From: Phoronis australis
Lineage: Eukaryota; Animalia; Phoronida
NCBI GenBank assembly: GCA_002633005.1
Contig: NMRA01000635.1
Coordinates: 174,344 to 238,343 of the forward strand
Reading direction: 5' to 3'
Length of the DNA stretch: 64,000 nt
Shown here piece by piece: positions 47,801 to 60,330 of this stretch. The translations under genes and the position numbers were made by a program. The notes below the pieces were generated by a model. It was not told the origin of the DNA, did no database searches, and worked only from the letters and a program-made list of their open reading frames with translations. The stretch's first letter is position 1, and each line of letters begins with the position of its first letter.

Positions 47801-50260
47801 ATCTTTTTAGCAGACAACACAATAATGAAAAAGTGGCATTTTATGTTGTCAAGTTTCAACAATAACACTACACTCCCTGACGACACTACACTCCCTGACG
47901 ACACTACACTCCCTGACGACACTACACTCCCTGACGACACTACACTCCCTGACGACACTACACTCCCTGACGACACTACACTCCCTGACGACACTACACT
48001 CCCTGACGACACTACACTCCCTGACGACACTACACTCCCTGACGACACTACACTCCCTGACGACACTACACTCCCTGACGACACTACACTCCCTGACGAC
48101 ACTACACTCCCTGACGACACTACACTCCCTGACGACACTACACTCCCTGACGACACTACACTCCCTGACGACACTACACTCCCTGACGACACTACACTCC
48201 CTGACGACACTACACTCCCTGACGACACTACACTCCCTGACGACACTACACTCCCTGACGACACTACACTCCCTGACGACACTACACTCCCTGACGACAC
48301 TACACTCCCTGACGACACTACACTCCCTGACGACACTACGCTCCCTGACGACACTACGCTCCCTGACGACACTACGCTCCCTGACGACACTACGCTCCCT
48401 GACGACACTACGCTCCCTGACGACACTACGCTCCCTGACGACACTACGCTCCCTGACAACACTACGCTCCCTGACGACACTACGCTCCCTGACGACACTA
48501 CGCTCCCTGACGACACTACGCTCCCTGACGACACTACGCTCCCTGACGACACTACGCTCCCTGACGACACTACGCTCCCTGACGACACTACGCTCCCTGA
48601 CAACACTACGCTCCCTGACGACACTACGCTCCCTGACGACACTACGCTCCCTGACGACACTACGCTCCCTGACGACACTACGCTCCCTGACGACACTACG
48701 CTCCCTGACGACACTACGCTCCCTGACGACACTACGCTCCCTGACAACACTACGCTCCCTGACGACACTACGCTCCCTGACGACACTACGCTCCCTGACG
48801 ACACTACGCTCCCTGACGACACTACGCTCCCTGACGACACTACGCTCCCTGACGACACTACGCTCCCTGACGACACTACGCTCCCTGACAACACTACGCT
48901 CCCTGACGACACTACGCTCCCTGACGACACTACGCTCCCTGACGACACTACGCTCCCTGACGACACTACGCTCCCTGACGACACTACGCTCCCTGACGAC
49001 ACTACGCTCCCTGACGACACTACGCTCCCTGACAACACTACGCTCCCTGACGACACTACGCTCCCTGACGACACTACGCTCCCTGACGACACTACGCTCC
49101 CTGACGACACTACGCTCCCTGACGACACTACGCTCCCTGACGACACTACGCTCCCTGACGACACTACGCTCCCTGACAACACTACGCTCCCTGACGACAC
49201 TACGCTCCCTGACGACACTACGCTCCCTGACGACACTACGCTCCCTGACGACACTACGCTCCCTGACGACACTACGCTCCCTGACGACACTACGCTCCCT
49301 GACGACACTACGCTCCCTGACAACACTACGCTCCCTGATAACACTACGCTCCCTGATAACACTACGCTCCCTGATAACACTACGCTCCTTGATAACACTA
49401 CGCTCCTTGATAACACTACACTCCTTGATAACACTACACTCCTTGATAAAACTATGCGGTATTTTTTAATACTAGTAGCAAGATAGATAGAAAAAATCCA
49501 AACTTGATGAAAAGTAGTAATATTATTATTCTTACCATTTTCAAAGCTGGTCATTTACAACATCAAACTTTTAATAATGGAGATTAAGACAATAATATAA
49601 GTGCGTTCCTATTTTGGTGAATATTAATATATAATATCAAACCTGGTGTAAAGAAATTAAATATTTAAGTTGATAGTTGTATTAGCACGCGCACAACTAA
49701 AGGTGTCAAAAGTCAGAACACTAACAAAGGTAGTTTACAAAATAAAATGGACAGACTTGCACAGAATTCTGCCAGACTTTGACAAATTGTGGACAAAACT
49801 TCTTGCCAGCATTATTTGGTAATTTAGTCAAACATTTGTCACAATAAAATAACGTTTTCTGGACCAGAAGTCAGAGCTTAATGTGACGTTATTCTGCCCT
49901 GTCGCTAATTGTTTATTTGTAACTGCATCTACGAGTCAAGTTGTCATGGTTTCAACAAAAAGCGTGGAGCGACACATCCAGAGAATTTGTCGGAATGGAA
50001 TCGCGTTCTACTCAAAACAAAATTAACATTAAAGCTGCAGTTTTGTACATCCAAACTTCGTGAAATTTTCATGCTGTCCAGTTTCTTTTGAAAACTTGCT
50101 TGGACTTTAGGTAACTCACTGGAGCAGGTGTGGCAGTGAAATGGAAAGCATTGTTGGCCTTAAGCCACCTGAGAATGTAGCAGGCATCATAGTGTTGTTG
50201 AGCTTCTATCTCCTGTTGGAAGGCCAGCACCTCTTGCCATTCAGCTGCGGTCACACGAAT
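38833..50260 (-). CDS. SNAPC1: snRNA-activating protein complex subunit 1 (SNAP43), 5'-partial, 7 exons recovered
   Basis: Exons (minus) 50120-50260 (IRVTAAEWQEVLAFQQEIEAQQHYDACYILRWLKANNAFHFTA, cf. human IRVALKDWDEVLKFQQDLVNAQHFDAAYIFRKLRLDRAFHFTA), 47399-47518, 46119-46277 (VHDQLYTMK...HEEWRK), 45147-45209, 44549-44714 (SKSRRHR), 43276-43488 (SSDSD...DMP) and 38833-39122 (Lys-rich tail, TGA). Phases consistent. The N-terminal ~95 aa were not located in the window. Confidence 0.88.
39483..43053. mobile_element. 3.6-kb DNA transposon with perfect 29-bp TIRs in the last SNAPC1 intron
   Basis: caggaagagataaccaggaagggacaact / agttgtcccttcctggttatctcttcctg; flanks gtaatatgt / gtaatatgg; no recognisable intact transposase. 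Confidence 0.85.
39550..39818 (-). mobile_element. Solo LTR (Gypsy-like), 269 bp
   Basis: TGTTG...CAACA termini; 4-bp TSD tttc (39546-39549 and 39819-39822); AATAAA on the minus strand. Confidence 0.7.
43850..44336 (+). mobile_element. 3' fragment of a LINE with CCHC-type C-terminus and (AATAC)n tail
   Basis: LCFCSDSGSVDDDLHFVFEC zinc-knuckle remnant; aataaa followed by an AATAC microsatellite tail at 44290-44336. Confidence 0.6.
44403..44507. repeat. Minisatellite, 17-bp unit x6
   Basis: gcttgcccgtacattgt in tandem. Confidence 0.9.
45960..46046. repeat. Minisatellite, 28-bp unit x3
   Basis: aaactagacctctcaagtgagctatgcc in tandem. Confidence 0.88.
47506..47760 (-). repeat. Tandem repeat (51-55 bp x5) built from a SNAPC1 splice acceptor
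   Basis: Core tgcagggatacagcttaaatgaacagtgagaggcc at 47506, 47557, 47611, 47666 and 47721. Confidence 0.92.
47864..49450. repeat. Minisatellite, 18-bp unit x~88 with 144-bp higher-order periodicity
   Basis: acactac(a/g)ctccctgacg; gacaac variant recurs every 8 units. Source of the TTLPDD and SGSVVS ORFs. Confidence 0.97.
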
Positions 50261-51189
50261 CTGCAGAAGAAACAGAAAATGAGATTAATTAAGTCATTTT
50301 ACATCACATCAGAAGCACTCAATACACCACAATGACTATAATACAGAACTGCACAAAGGTTGATGAAACAGACAAAGAAACTAAGTGAAAGTAAGGATGA
50401 CAAAAAAGACCAAAGAAAGACCACGGGAGAAGTAAAAAATAAACCAACAGAAGACGAGCGATGTAAGGATGAAACAAAGGGTATTTACTATTTTCATTGC
50501 AAAAACACCCCAAAAGGGCCACCATTGGGGCTTATTCAGTCCTTTCCTACAGAACTCTTATTGGAGCTTTATGTTGGTGAAGGCTCATTTGGATACTGAC
50601 AGTATGTAGGGATTGAAATGGTGAAGTCAGAGAGACTGGTCAGCCAATATACTGGTCAGTTTCTATGGTCAGTAAGTGACCATCATGTGGAACATCAACA
50701 GTGTTGGATGTGTCTTGTAGAAGAGAAGCAGGAAGTATTACAAAGACATTTGCATCTAATTTCATACACTGCTTCATGTACTATAATATGCTGCTAATGC
50801 ACACAAATCTGGACATCCATTAACGCATTTAAACACATGGCAACTCTATAATTGGAAGTCTCAATATTCTATCAGCTGTTACTGACTTTGTTAATCTGTA
50901 GTTTCTCCAATCACAAGTCTAAATTGAACCAGGATATGCCACTCTAACTATGAAAGAATCCCATTCAACTATCTACATCCCATTCAGAGTGTCTGCTAGA
51001 AGTTCTGATTAATGAAAACCTAAAACTTGATGAGGTTCTCTAATCAAAAACTTCTGTATACATTATATATTTTCAAAATCCTTGACAATTACCCGATCAT
51101 TTTATGTGTAAACAAGTGATGCTCAGAAGATTGTGACTGCATTTCCTAAAGAATACTGACATTTTCTACAAACATAAATGTCTCGCATT

Positions 51190-52078
51190 TTGTTTTATTA
51201 CTAGAGCCTCAGGCCTTTAAGCCCAAGAGCTCGGCTGTGAAAACTTAAAACTCTTTTTTTCAAGCAATGTTGACGCCTTCATTTATGACATCAGAGTTCT
51301 TAAACTTGAACACAAATTGCTTATCTATTTGAGTTAAGATGTGGTGTGATGAATATGATACATTGTTACAGAAAATAATTCAATGATATAATTTAAGAAG
51401 TTTTATGTTTAATTCATGAGGTTCTAGTGTATTGAGCTTGTCTAACCAAAATTGTTCTCTTTTGAGTCTAACAGGGGTACTGGGGTATTAGAGTTTTTAT
51501 ATTATTTGTACAGAAAGATCTTGAAGATTATGGTGTTTGGAATTAAAATGATTACCAGAAATGTTTTTATGTATTATGTTAAATCTACAATTACGAAACA
51601 GAGTTTGTAGATTATGTTAAGTTTGTCCTATGTATTGGACAGAACATTTTTTACATGTTATAATGTAAATAATATTGTTGGTGGTACAATCAGAATAATG
51701 TTTTATTTCAAAGTTTTCATTGGTTTGGGAAGACTGGAAGAAAGCAAATCATTGATAAAGTTACACATTTACATCTAGTTTTGTTACATTGTGTGTTGCC
51801 AATAGGCTTGTCAGTTTGGTATATATTGTCAATATTAGCTTTAACTAAATATTTTTTTAGGTTTATACATTTTCCCAAGAAATTATGAGGAAATAGGTTT
51901 TTCATTTGAGGGGAAATATGCAGCATGGAAAGATGTTTTCTGAAGACGTGGCAAATTCCGTTTAAATATGGATTGAAAATAGTAATGAATGGTACTCTAT
52001 TAGTAGTATTGCCTTTTGTTTTAGTTCTTAAAGATTCGTTTCTTGTGATCGAACGGACTTTGTCAAAGTGTTTGTGTA
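51190..52078 (-). pseudogene. Penelope-like retroelement 3' fragment (linker plus GIY-YIG endonuclease), interrupted by a DNA transposon
   Basis: Minus strand RVPFITIFNP...NLKKYLVKA...CNKTRCKC, then CTTNNIIYIITCKKCSVQYIGQT...NHFN...RLKREQFWLDKLNTLEPHELN with stops; aataaa near 51195; short continuation at 55335-55385. Confidence 0.85.
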
Positions 52079-53220
52079 TACGGTAAAGTCGCGTGATTTT
52101 CGGACGGCCCGCCATTTTCGACCAAGATTAAATATTTCCGAAATGAGTTTTTCTTAGTCCACGAAATTCGTACAAGGTCCAAAAACTGTTTTTTAATGAT
52201 CTTCGAACTTCGGACAATGTCATAAACGTCGGATTTTTGCCCCGCGACTTTCGGACAAGGAAAATTTTAGAAACGCTAATTTGGGATCGACCTAACTCCC
52301 GTGTCACTAAAGCGTTCAACGGATGATTACTACTCTATAAGGCTTGAATCTGAGAATTGGTGTAACGGGCTTTGTAATTTTTACCTTGTCTTGACGATGT
52401 CATGACCGTTACTCGATTGTCTTGCATTTAGCTTGTGTTTGGCGCTTTAGCTATGGAAAGAGTCACCGAGTCCCGCATGACGAAAATTTCTGATGAAAAT
52501 ACAAATGGGAAATACATCGAAGGCTGCAGTTTTTCGTTGTAGCGTAACATGTGCTCTGGTTTAATTAGACTGCGTTGTTCGACGTCGGACTGTGACATTG
52601 AACTTGCACGCCTGACATCAACTTGCGTGTTTACGAAACGTTTTTATTTTTAAAACGTCCTGGCCTTTGCAAATGCCCTTGTTAGGGGCTAAAATCTCCG
52701 GCGACGTGTCCCGATTTTATTCCTGACGTGATGAGAAATATTTTTTGTTTAGGCCCCCATTCACAATAGGCCACAGCTAAGTCTGTCCGTAGGATATCGC
52801 GCGTTCAAAGTAGTGTAGATAGTGAACAGCAGCAGCCGAATGAGACAGAGCCAAAGTAAATCTAGTTAAAAATCAAACATAGTGCAAGGCCCAGCACTCA
52901 GAAAGGGGCGCGGCGCACACGCAATTGTTACAGAGACATTGCATCCCTGTCCTATGTTGTGTAAGCGCCGGTGTGCTATAACACATATCAAAAACTAATG
53001 TACATCCACGTAACCACGTTTCATTACCCTTACAAATTGTCTGTTGCTCTCTGATAAGCATCGCAGATGCAAGAATTTCGCTAAAGAAAATAGTGTGATC
53101 GTGTGCTTCGTTTGCAATGCCTCACCAAACGTCTCGACATCTTCAGTCTAGCGTGTTCGTGAGATTCTCACCCTTGCGCCCCTGGTCGCAGACTAGGGTA
53201 GAGCTCAGTAGCTGTCTTGG

Positions 53221-53481
53221 GAAATACAAAAATCTAGCCAAAATCACGCTTTCAATTCAAAAACACAATTTCATGTAATTTCATGAATTCTTGCTTTTTA
53301 GCGAAGTTCTAGCGTTACGAGCTTTACCCCAGATGTAAACCTAAAAAAGAAGAAATACAAAAATCTAGCCAAAATCACGCTTTCAATTAAAAAACACAAT
53401 ACATCACGTAATTTCATGAATTCTTGCTTTTTAGCGAAGTTCTAGCGTTACGAGCTTAACCCTAGATGTAAACCTAAAAAG
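53221..53481. repeat. Direct tandem duplication, ~131 bp x2
   Basis: gaaatacaaaaatctagccaaaatcacgc...gtaaacctaaaaa at 53221 and 53352. Confidence 0.9.
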
Positions 53482-53559
53482 ATTTAACTTGTGGCGACCC
53501 AATTTTGCTTGCTCATCCACTGGTCTGTGTACTTGTGGTCTTGTTAATTCACACCCTGT

Positions 53560-53900
53560 ACCGTCTGAGGTACAACACCCTGAACTCCATGGTGTCCCGA
53601 GATTAAGATGAATCCTGACAAGGACACCGGGACCCTGTGGCACTCTCTGTCTGCGGCGACTAAGAAAATCCTCCACCAATCATTTCGAAAAATGACTAGT
53701 CAGTTGAATCAGATTTGGTAGTCGTTGCTTCTTGTGGTCCTAGGGGTAGGCTAACAAGAATACAGGACCTGGAGTCCGATGCAACTGGCCTGGAACCTGA
53801 TAGGTGTTTCCGACCGGAGTTCCATATCTACTTTCCACAGGACCTTGTCTTCATGTCTATGTTACCGCCTTCAGTTGATAGTTTTGAGACAAAAAAGAAA
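53560..53900 (-). pseudogene. Heavily decayed LINE reverse transcriptase fragment
   Basis: Minus strand VEDFLSRRRQRV/PQG resembles the FL..R.Q.V and GVPQG motifs joined by an internal deletion. Confidence 0.4.
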
Positions 53901-56900
53901 CGTGATCTTAAACTACAGACCATGTTTTTTGTGTTACTTAATATAGTTTTAGAGGCATTTCAGCTGTAAGTGTGTTTAATTGTGTTGACTGTTACATTGC
54001 TAATTATTATAGTAAATTAGTAGTGAGTGACGGAGGCTGAGCTGTGCGAAATTGGTGACGACCGTGGACGGCGCTAAACTGGTGACGACCAGAAGAAACG
54101 GCCCTGTTATCATCCACGCAGATTACCAGAAAATGTTAACGATTATCAGTTTCATTTCATCCACAAACAGATTTCACAAGTCAGAGTTTTCACTGTGGTT
54201 AGAAACGTAAGCGAACCCAGATGTGTTAGGTCACCTCAGTTGCATAAAGACGCGCCAGTGTATCACTGAGTTAACATCGGGCGTTTCAAAGGCTGTGGAT
54301 GAGAAAGGTTTTAATTGTAAAAAAAACGGTAGGGTGAATTTGATGTTGGTAGCATTTATTGCATTTGCTTTCTAGACAACGCCCTTATATATACAATATG
54401 TTAGTTAATCGTGTCTTCAGCCGCGCAGCACTGTACTAGTCGACGCATTCCCATCGTTTGCAGTAGGCCTAAACATGTAGAACGACAGCGCTTCTTCAGC
54501 AATTCAGACGACTACCAGGACGACAAATGGGGATCACGAGTCGATGAGAAACTACTCGTTTTATTATCATGATTGTCTTTGTAATCTATTTTGGGTAATT
54601 GTTCAATCGAAGTTCTCATGTTGAAACTGAGCTTTCAGTTAATATGGAAATAAACGTGTCAGAGTTAACTTGCGTTTCGGTTTGTAACCAGCAGACAATG
54701 CATGGATACGTTTAACAAACATAAATATATGCTGTGTTCTTGTCATTGCTCGTCACTTTCTTCGTTGAACTCGTTCCCACATCCATTACTGTTACGTTTA
54801 ATGCAAAATTCGTTAAAATTGAGAAAGCGCATGTTTTGATGGTCGGGAACCCTCTTTGTGCGCCGAATACGCAAGCCCAGCTTTTTATTGGGTAACCATN
54901 NNNNNNNNNNNNNNNNNNNNNNNNNNNNNNNNNNNNNNNNNNNNNNNNNNNNCAATGCAAGCCAAATATTTCATATTGAGAAAGCACATCTTTGAAAAGA
55001 AGAACCAACACTTGTTGGGAACGGTCTTTGTGCGTCGACGACGCACATTTCTTATTGGGAAAGTCAGATTTTCAAAAATTAATCGCTCAGACCATTTGAG
55101 TCTCATTTACCTGCAATTATACTGCTATCAAATGACCGAGCCAGCATTGTTGATACTACGACCGCTCATCGAAATAATGTACACCCACGAAATTCGGACA
55201 CTAGCGGAAACCCAAATTTGGAGGTCCGCCAAATTCGGACACCACAAAATGATATTTCGCGAGATTCGTCCAAGAATGAATTTTTTCTATTGGAATTAAT
55301 TTTCAGTGTCCGAAAATCACGCGACCTTACCGTACTAATTTGCATAACACAAATGACACTCCCAAGAGCTCTGAATTAGGCAACATAGTACCGTGAAATT
55401 CTTAGAGTTTAACAATAAGAGTCACAATAGTAACACAACAATAGTAACAACAGAACGTACATGTAACAACAGTTTACGACGATTTACTACTGTTGCAGAT
55501 ACTCGGATCGATCTTCAGCTACTGATAAACAAACTTGGGATTTTCTGTGAGTAAAACTGTAAACGGATATGAGAATGGGAAGTCTTAGGCAAAACACTGC
55601 ATGAGTTCACCAATAATCGTAAACTGAAATAAACGCGGTTGAAGTGCTAGTTTGCCATTTGTGATCAGATTTCTTTGATAGCGAGCAATCCGAATTNACT
55701 CCACCATTTTCATTTGTTGCAGTGATGATTTGGCATGATTTCATTTGGCCAAAGGGCTCAACATTTGCTCTCAAACAGGGAATGCTGAATCTCCATTACA
55801 ATGTGTGGTCATGGTAAAATTTGAAAGCTGAATAGATAATATATCCATGGCGATGGTAGTATAAATTTAAAGGTTCACGTTTTTGTTTGGTAGATGTACA
55901 TCTGATGTGGGTGACCCAGTTTTCAATTCAGTACAATGAGCAAACATTTCTTGCCATGTCTAGGGTAACCTCATTTTTACAATATTTCAGATCTCATCAG
56001 ACCTGCTCTCACAGGCATGCCCTGAAATTTATACTTGTTTTGTTATGCCTTAGATTACATATCAAATAGCGAATGTTTTCTCAAGTGTATACTTACAAGA
56101 CAGACGTTTGTCCATGTACCTGAAAGATAGGAAAGAGAATAAGTATTTTGAGGCTACGAGAATAATTCCAGACCCGCATATCCGCTTCGGTGTATTCTGC
56201 ATGCCAGTTGTGCAGGTTTCAGAAAATTTGCACATTTTAGCGTAGACATCAAAATGCGAGCTTTTCAGGATGTTAGTGCATTGATACCGTATTTAGTAAC
56301 ACTTTTTCCAAGTTACTTCATCTTATCTTTTACACAGCATGTATATGCAGTGCTCTGACAAACAATTCTCCGATTTATCTGGTGTTTAGTTGGTGCACCA
56401 TGCTCATAGAAGTGAAAAGTCAGGTTGATCAATAGCACAGTTCCTTATTGAACTAGACTAGAAACAAGTGGATTAATCTCTTTTAAATTTGCTGAAGTTG
56501 CGTATTTTTGCCTGGCCGTAAGTACTTGCGTATTAGTCTACTGGAGGCTTGATTGCCGTATGAATCTGCATTTTTTGCTGCATATGGTACACAAGTCTGA
56601 AATTCTTAGGTCGACAATTTTTGATTTCCAAAAATTTCAGGTCCAAATTATTTCGGGTTGGAATCAGGAAATCCAGGTAAAAATAGTACCTTAAATTGCT
56701 GCCATTGTTGACTTTTTATGAAGTGCTCAATGGAAATTTTGCTTAAAAAATCGTTTGTTTTGGCTTGCAAAGCGAGTAAAAAGTTACAAATAAAAGCTAC
56801 TGAAATATTAGTAATGAACCCAAGCTGCCAGCATGCGAGGCGAATGTCTAAAATGATCAGCCAAAAGGCAAAATTGCCTCATTAGCATGCAATTTAGGGA

Positions 56901-57107
56901 GGGAGGCTTTTATTGAACTTAATGACGCACACAAATGGGAGTTCACTAATCTTGCTTACTTAACAGAAATCTGCTCTCCTAATTCCTCAAGTTTGTATAT
57001 GAACATGAAACCAAAAATAGTGCAAATGCCAGTGTGACTTTTCTTTGCTGCGCAGGAGAGATATCTCAAAAAATGAGAAAATGACATTCATCAGATCGGA
57101 TGTCACT

Positions 57108-57216
57108 TAGGCAATGACCATCGCCTCTGTTGGCCCGAAGCAGAGGCTATAGGCGCTCTGTACGCCGGAAGCTTTTCGGCGAATTATGCCTCGCACCGAC
57201 TAAACCATCAAAGTCA
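57108..57216. mobile_element. Orphan partial TIR of the adjacent MULE
   Basis: Direct copy of the start of the left TIR with an 11-bp internal deletion. Confidence 0.85.
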
Positions 57217-57242
57217 GAGACTGAGCGAAGCGTGTGACGCTG

Positions 57243-58133
57243 TAGGCAATGACCATCGCCTCTGTTGGCCCGAACCAGAGGCGATGCAGAGGCTACAGGC
57301 GCTCTGTACGCTGGAAGCTTTTCGGCGAATTATGCCTCGCACCGACTAAACCATCAAAGTCACGTTGTTATAAATACCTTTTGCGCATAGAGGAACACCT
57401 GAGGAGGTTGTCGATGTGTTTAATTCCTCGAACAAATACTCCCATTATCAAAATTTTTCTTCGAGCAGTCCCTATTTCAGTTCCCAAAATCGTGAACTCA
57501 CCATTTTTATACTGCGCACGCTCCAATTTTTACCGCGCTCGCTTGGTGATGTGACTTCATGAACTCAATCTTTAAATAGGCCAAAGGTGAGCCATTGCGG
57601 TCTTGTCAGTCAAATGTTTCCAAAATACCACTGTCTTTAATTGGCGTTACTTGAAACTGATTGTATTTCAATGAATTATTGTTTGTATTTGATAAAAATA
57701 AATGCTGTTGATATGTCTTTGTGCACATATTTGACATTTTAATGTTTAACAACACGGCAAATGCACGGCTGGTTCCCGGCAGCACGTACGCAAAGGGCGG
57801 GAACTTCAGCTTTCAAAGTTCGCCGGTAGGACTGCAACTTCTGACCTTCGGCCTGGTTAAAAAAAATGAAAATTTTGATTTCATGATTTTGGGAACTGAA
57901 GCAGGGACTGCTCGAAGAAAAATTTTGATAATGGGAGTATTTGTTCGAGGAATTAAACACATCGACAACCTCCTCAGGTGTTCCTCTATGCGCAAAAGGT
58001 ATTTATAACAACGTGACTTTGATGGTTTAGTCGGTGCGAGGCATAATTCGTCGAAAAGCTTCTGGCGTACAGAGCGCCTATAGCCTCTGCATCGCCTCTG
58101 GTTCGGGCCAACAGAGGCGATGGTCATTGCCTA
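57243..58133. mobile_element. Mutator-like (MULE) foldback element, 891 bp, ~254-bp TIRs
   Basis: TIRs 57243-57496 / 57880-58133 nearly identical; perfect 9-bp TSD gtgacgctg (57234-57242 and 58134-58142). Confidence 0.92.
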
Positions 58134-58754
58134 GTGACGCTGATGCGTGACACTTGCAAAATAGCATGGGAACACATCAAGTGAAATTTGTAAGATCTCT
58201 ATGCCTTTGACTTTGTTATCAACATGTGTTATTTCACGTAACATCCTCAAAATGGCACCTGGTGAGAGAAACTCGAGGGAACCGTGACTCATTTTCATGG
58301 ATTTGTCCAAGTCATGCAATTGACTAAATTGTATCCATAGTCAAGGTATATGTCGATTTCAACTTCTGTAGATATATGCATGTTTCATTCGATTTTATTT
58401 GCTGTATTTTGAAATGAGAACTTTTTATGGGTATGCACTATCACTCCTGTATGCCTGGGGCATTCAGGCGATATAATTGCCCATGCCAACTAATACCCGG
58501 GGCTCAGACAGCGCACATGGTATGGTGTTGGTAAAAATTTCAGAAGTCGAGGACCTGTATGAAAGACAACCACGTGTTCACCTGTGTTATGGTGGTAGAT
58601 TTACCAAGGGAAGTTGATGACCTGTAAGCGAGACAACCTGGTGTTCACCTTCCTGGTGCCGCACCTGTTCTGTAGGAAAGGGAGGAATGTTGTCGATATG
58701 CTTCCAGTGAATCATAAGTCTCTTAGCTACTCACTAATGGCCAATTGCTTATTA

Positions 58755-58830
58755 CCATATTCACCCTAATAAGCGCCCAGAGCGCTTAGAAAAATTTGTT
58801 TCAGGAAGGAGGGCGCTTATTATAGCCCAA
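58755..58830. mobile_element. Left end of a pogo-like element
   Basis: TA|ccatattcaccctaataagcgccc..., same family as 14726. Confidence 0.5.
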
Positions 58831-59739
58831 AGGTGGTTGAAACCCGCCTCAAGCTTTTTGCGAATTTTCCCTCACTGGTAGGTATGTACCTCTTGTGTAG
58901 GCAACTACATCACCGTGTGGCATTCACACCGCAGGCGTATACAGGTGATAGTACATCCCTGTAAAAAGACTCATCTCGAAATACAGCAAATTACATGGAA
59001 GAAAACAAGCATATATACACATTGAACTGTAATTAACATATACTGTGCCTCAAGAGACAATTTAGTCAATATAATTTGAATGTATCCTTGAAGTCTGTTG
59101 CAATTCGCTCGGTCTTCCCTCACTGGGTGCCATTTTGAGGACATTAAGCGAAAATGTCCAAGGGACATAAATCTTACTAATTGCACTAATTATCTTCCCA
59201 TGCTACATTTTTCAACTTTCACGTGCAAGGTCACTTGCTGAACTCGTGTGACTTCATGTTTATCGCACGTGGTGAAAAAGTTAATGGCGACCAAAAAAGT
59301 GGATTTAGAATTTCTTTACCAAATTTTTCTTAATTCCGGTAGACATGTTTCTTGAAAATTATGTGTAGAACCAGAACGGATTGCTGAAGAAAGCATTTTT
59401 AATTGACAATTTGTAGTGTATAATGTACGACTCACAGCGAGCTCAAATCAAGTGGTGCCGCAAACGACATTCTTACTTCTATGCCTAGTCCTAAAATAGC
59501 AAGCAAATGTTCCATTTTCACTCTCCTCAAAACCATTCTTTTACCACATTAAAATGTTCAACTGTGTGGGGGGGGGGTGGCCTATCCCCACCTTAATCCA
59601 GGGATGTGGGGATCCTACCAATTCTTTTGGTCAAAATCAACAAAATCAATGAAATGTGTAACCTTGGGATAGGGGCTTTTTGAAATGCCCATGTGGCCGG
59701 CATACCCCGCCGTAACCCGGGGATAGGGAGAAAGTGTTT

Positions 59740-59940
59740 GAATGATAATTTTTGAAAATGGCTAAAAGTGTTTAGATATTTTAGTCATTTTGGTTAATAC
59801 CTTTAAAAGTCTGGCAGGAACCTAGGAAAGGTACTTATAGCAACATGACTTTTTGGCATAATTCGACAAAAAAGTTTCGGTGTATGGAGGGCCTATGGGA
59901 TGGCCAACCTCTCCCTACTGGGGCCAGTTGAGACAATGGT
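59740..59940. mobile_element. Old, divergent TIR copy of the 57.2-58.1 kb MULE family
   Basis: aaaggtacttatagcaacatgacttt...ggcataattcgacaaaaaagtttcggtgtatggagggcctat aligns to the right TIR at 57995-58125. Confidence 0.6.
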
Positions 59941-60330
59941 ACTGTTTAATAACAAACATTTCATTTATTTGGTTGATTTTTTAGAACCGGAATGTAATAT
60001 AGTAATATGAATAATAAGAGTTACAGGGGCAGTTTCGATAACTGTTCTCAATATTACTGTTGTTGACCACAATTAAAACTGCGAATTTGAAAATGGTGCA
60101 TGGACGCATTTCATGTTACATGCATTTCTGTCTCATTTGGCAACAATTGGGTGAGTCTAGAAATGTTTTTAAATCCAAAAACACTTGGGTAAGGAATTTA
60201 ACAGTGACACCTTAATAGCATTGAAACTGCACCTTTAACTCTTATTATTATTCATTTAATGTGTAATAAATCCAGCCAGTTAGTCAGTAGTAATCCCAAG
60301 TCATGATATGGTTGGATGATGTACCTTGGG

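Larger units (their letters stand above)
52081..55332. mobile_element. Non-autonomous Tc1/mariner (pogo-like) element, ~3.25 kb
   Basis: TIRs cggtaaagtcgcgtgattttcggac / gtccgaaaatcacgcgaccttaccg; TA TSD at 52079-80 and 55333-34; subterminal ttcggac repeats; contains N gap 54900-54952. Confidence 0.88.

Noticed and set aside
47780-49554. 568-aa (TTLPDD)n and 585-aa (SGSVVS)n ORFs suggesting a mucin-, antifreeze- or biomineral-type protein
   Set aside because: Products of an 18-bp intronic minisatellite whose unit is a multiple of 3. There is no signal peptide or credible splice context, and it lies within a SNAPC1 intron.
51200-51300. Hammerhead ribozyme in the Penelope terminal repeat
   Set aside because: Expected by family, but no intact CUGANGA/GAAA core with flanking stems could be read.
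57249-58127. Two near-identical ~100-aa ORFs on opposite strands
   Set aside because: They are translations of the two MULE TIRs.
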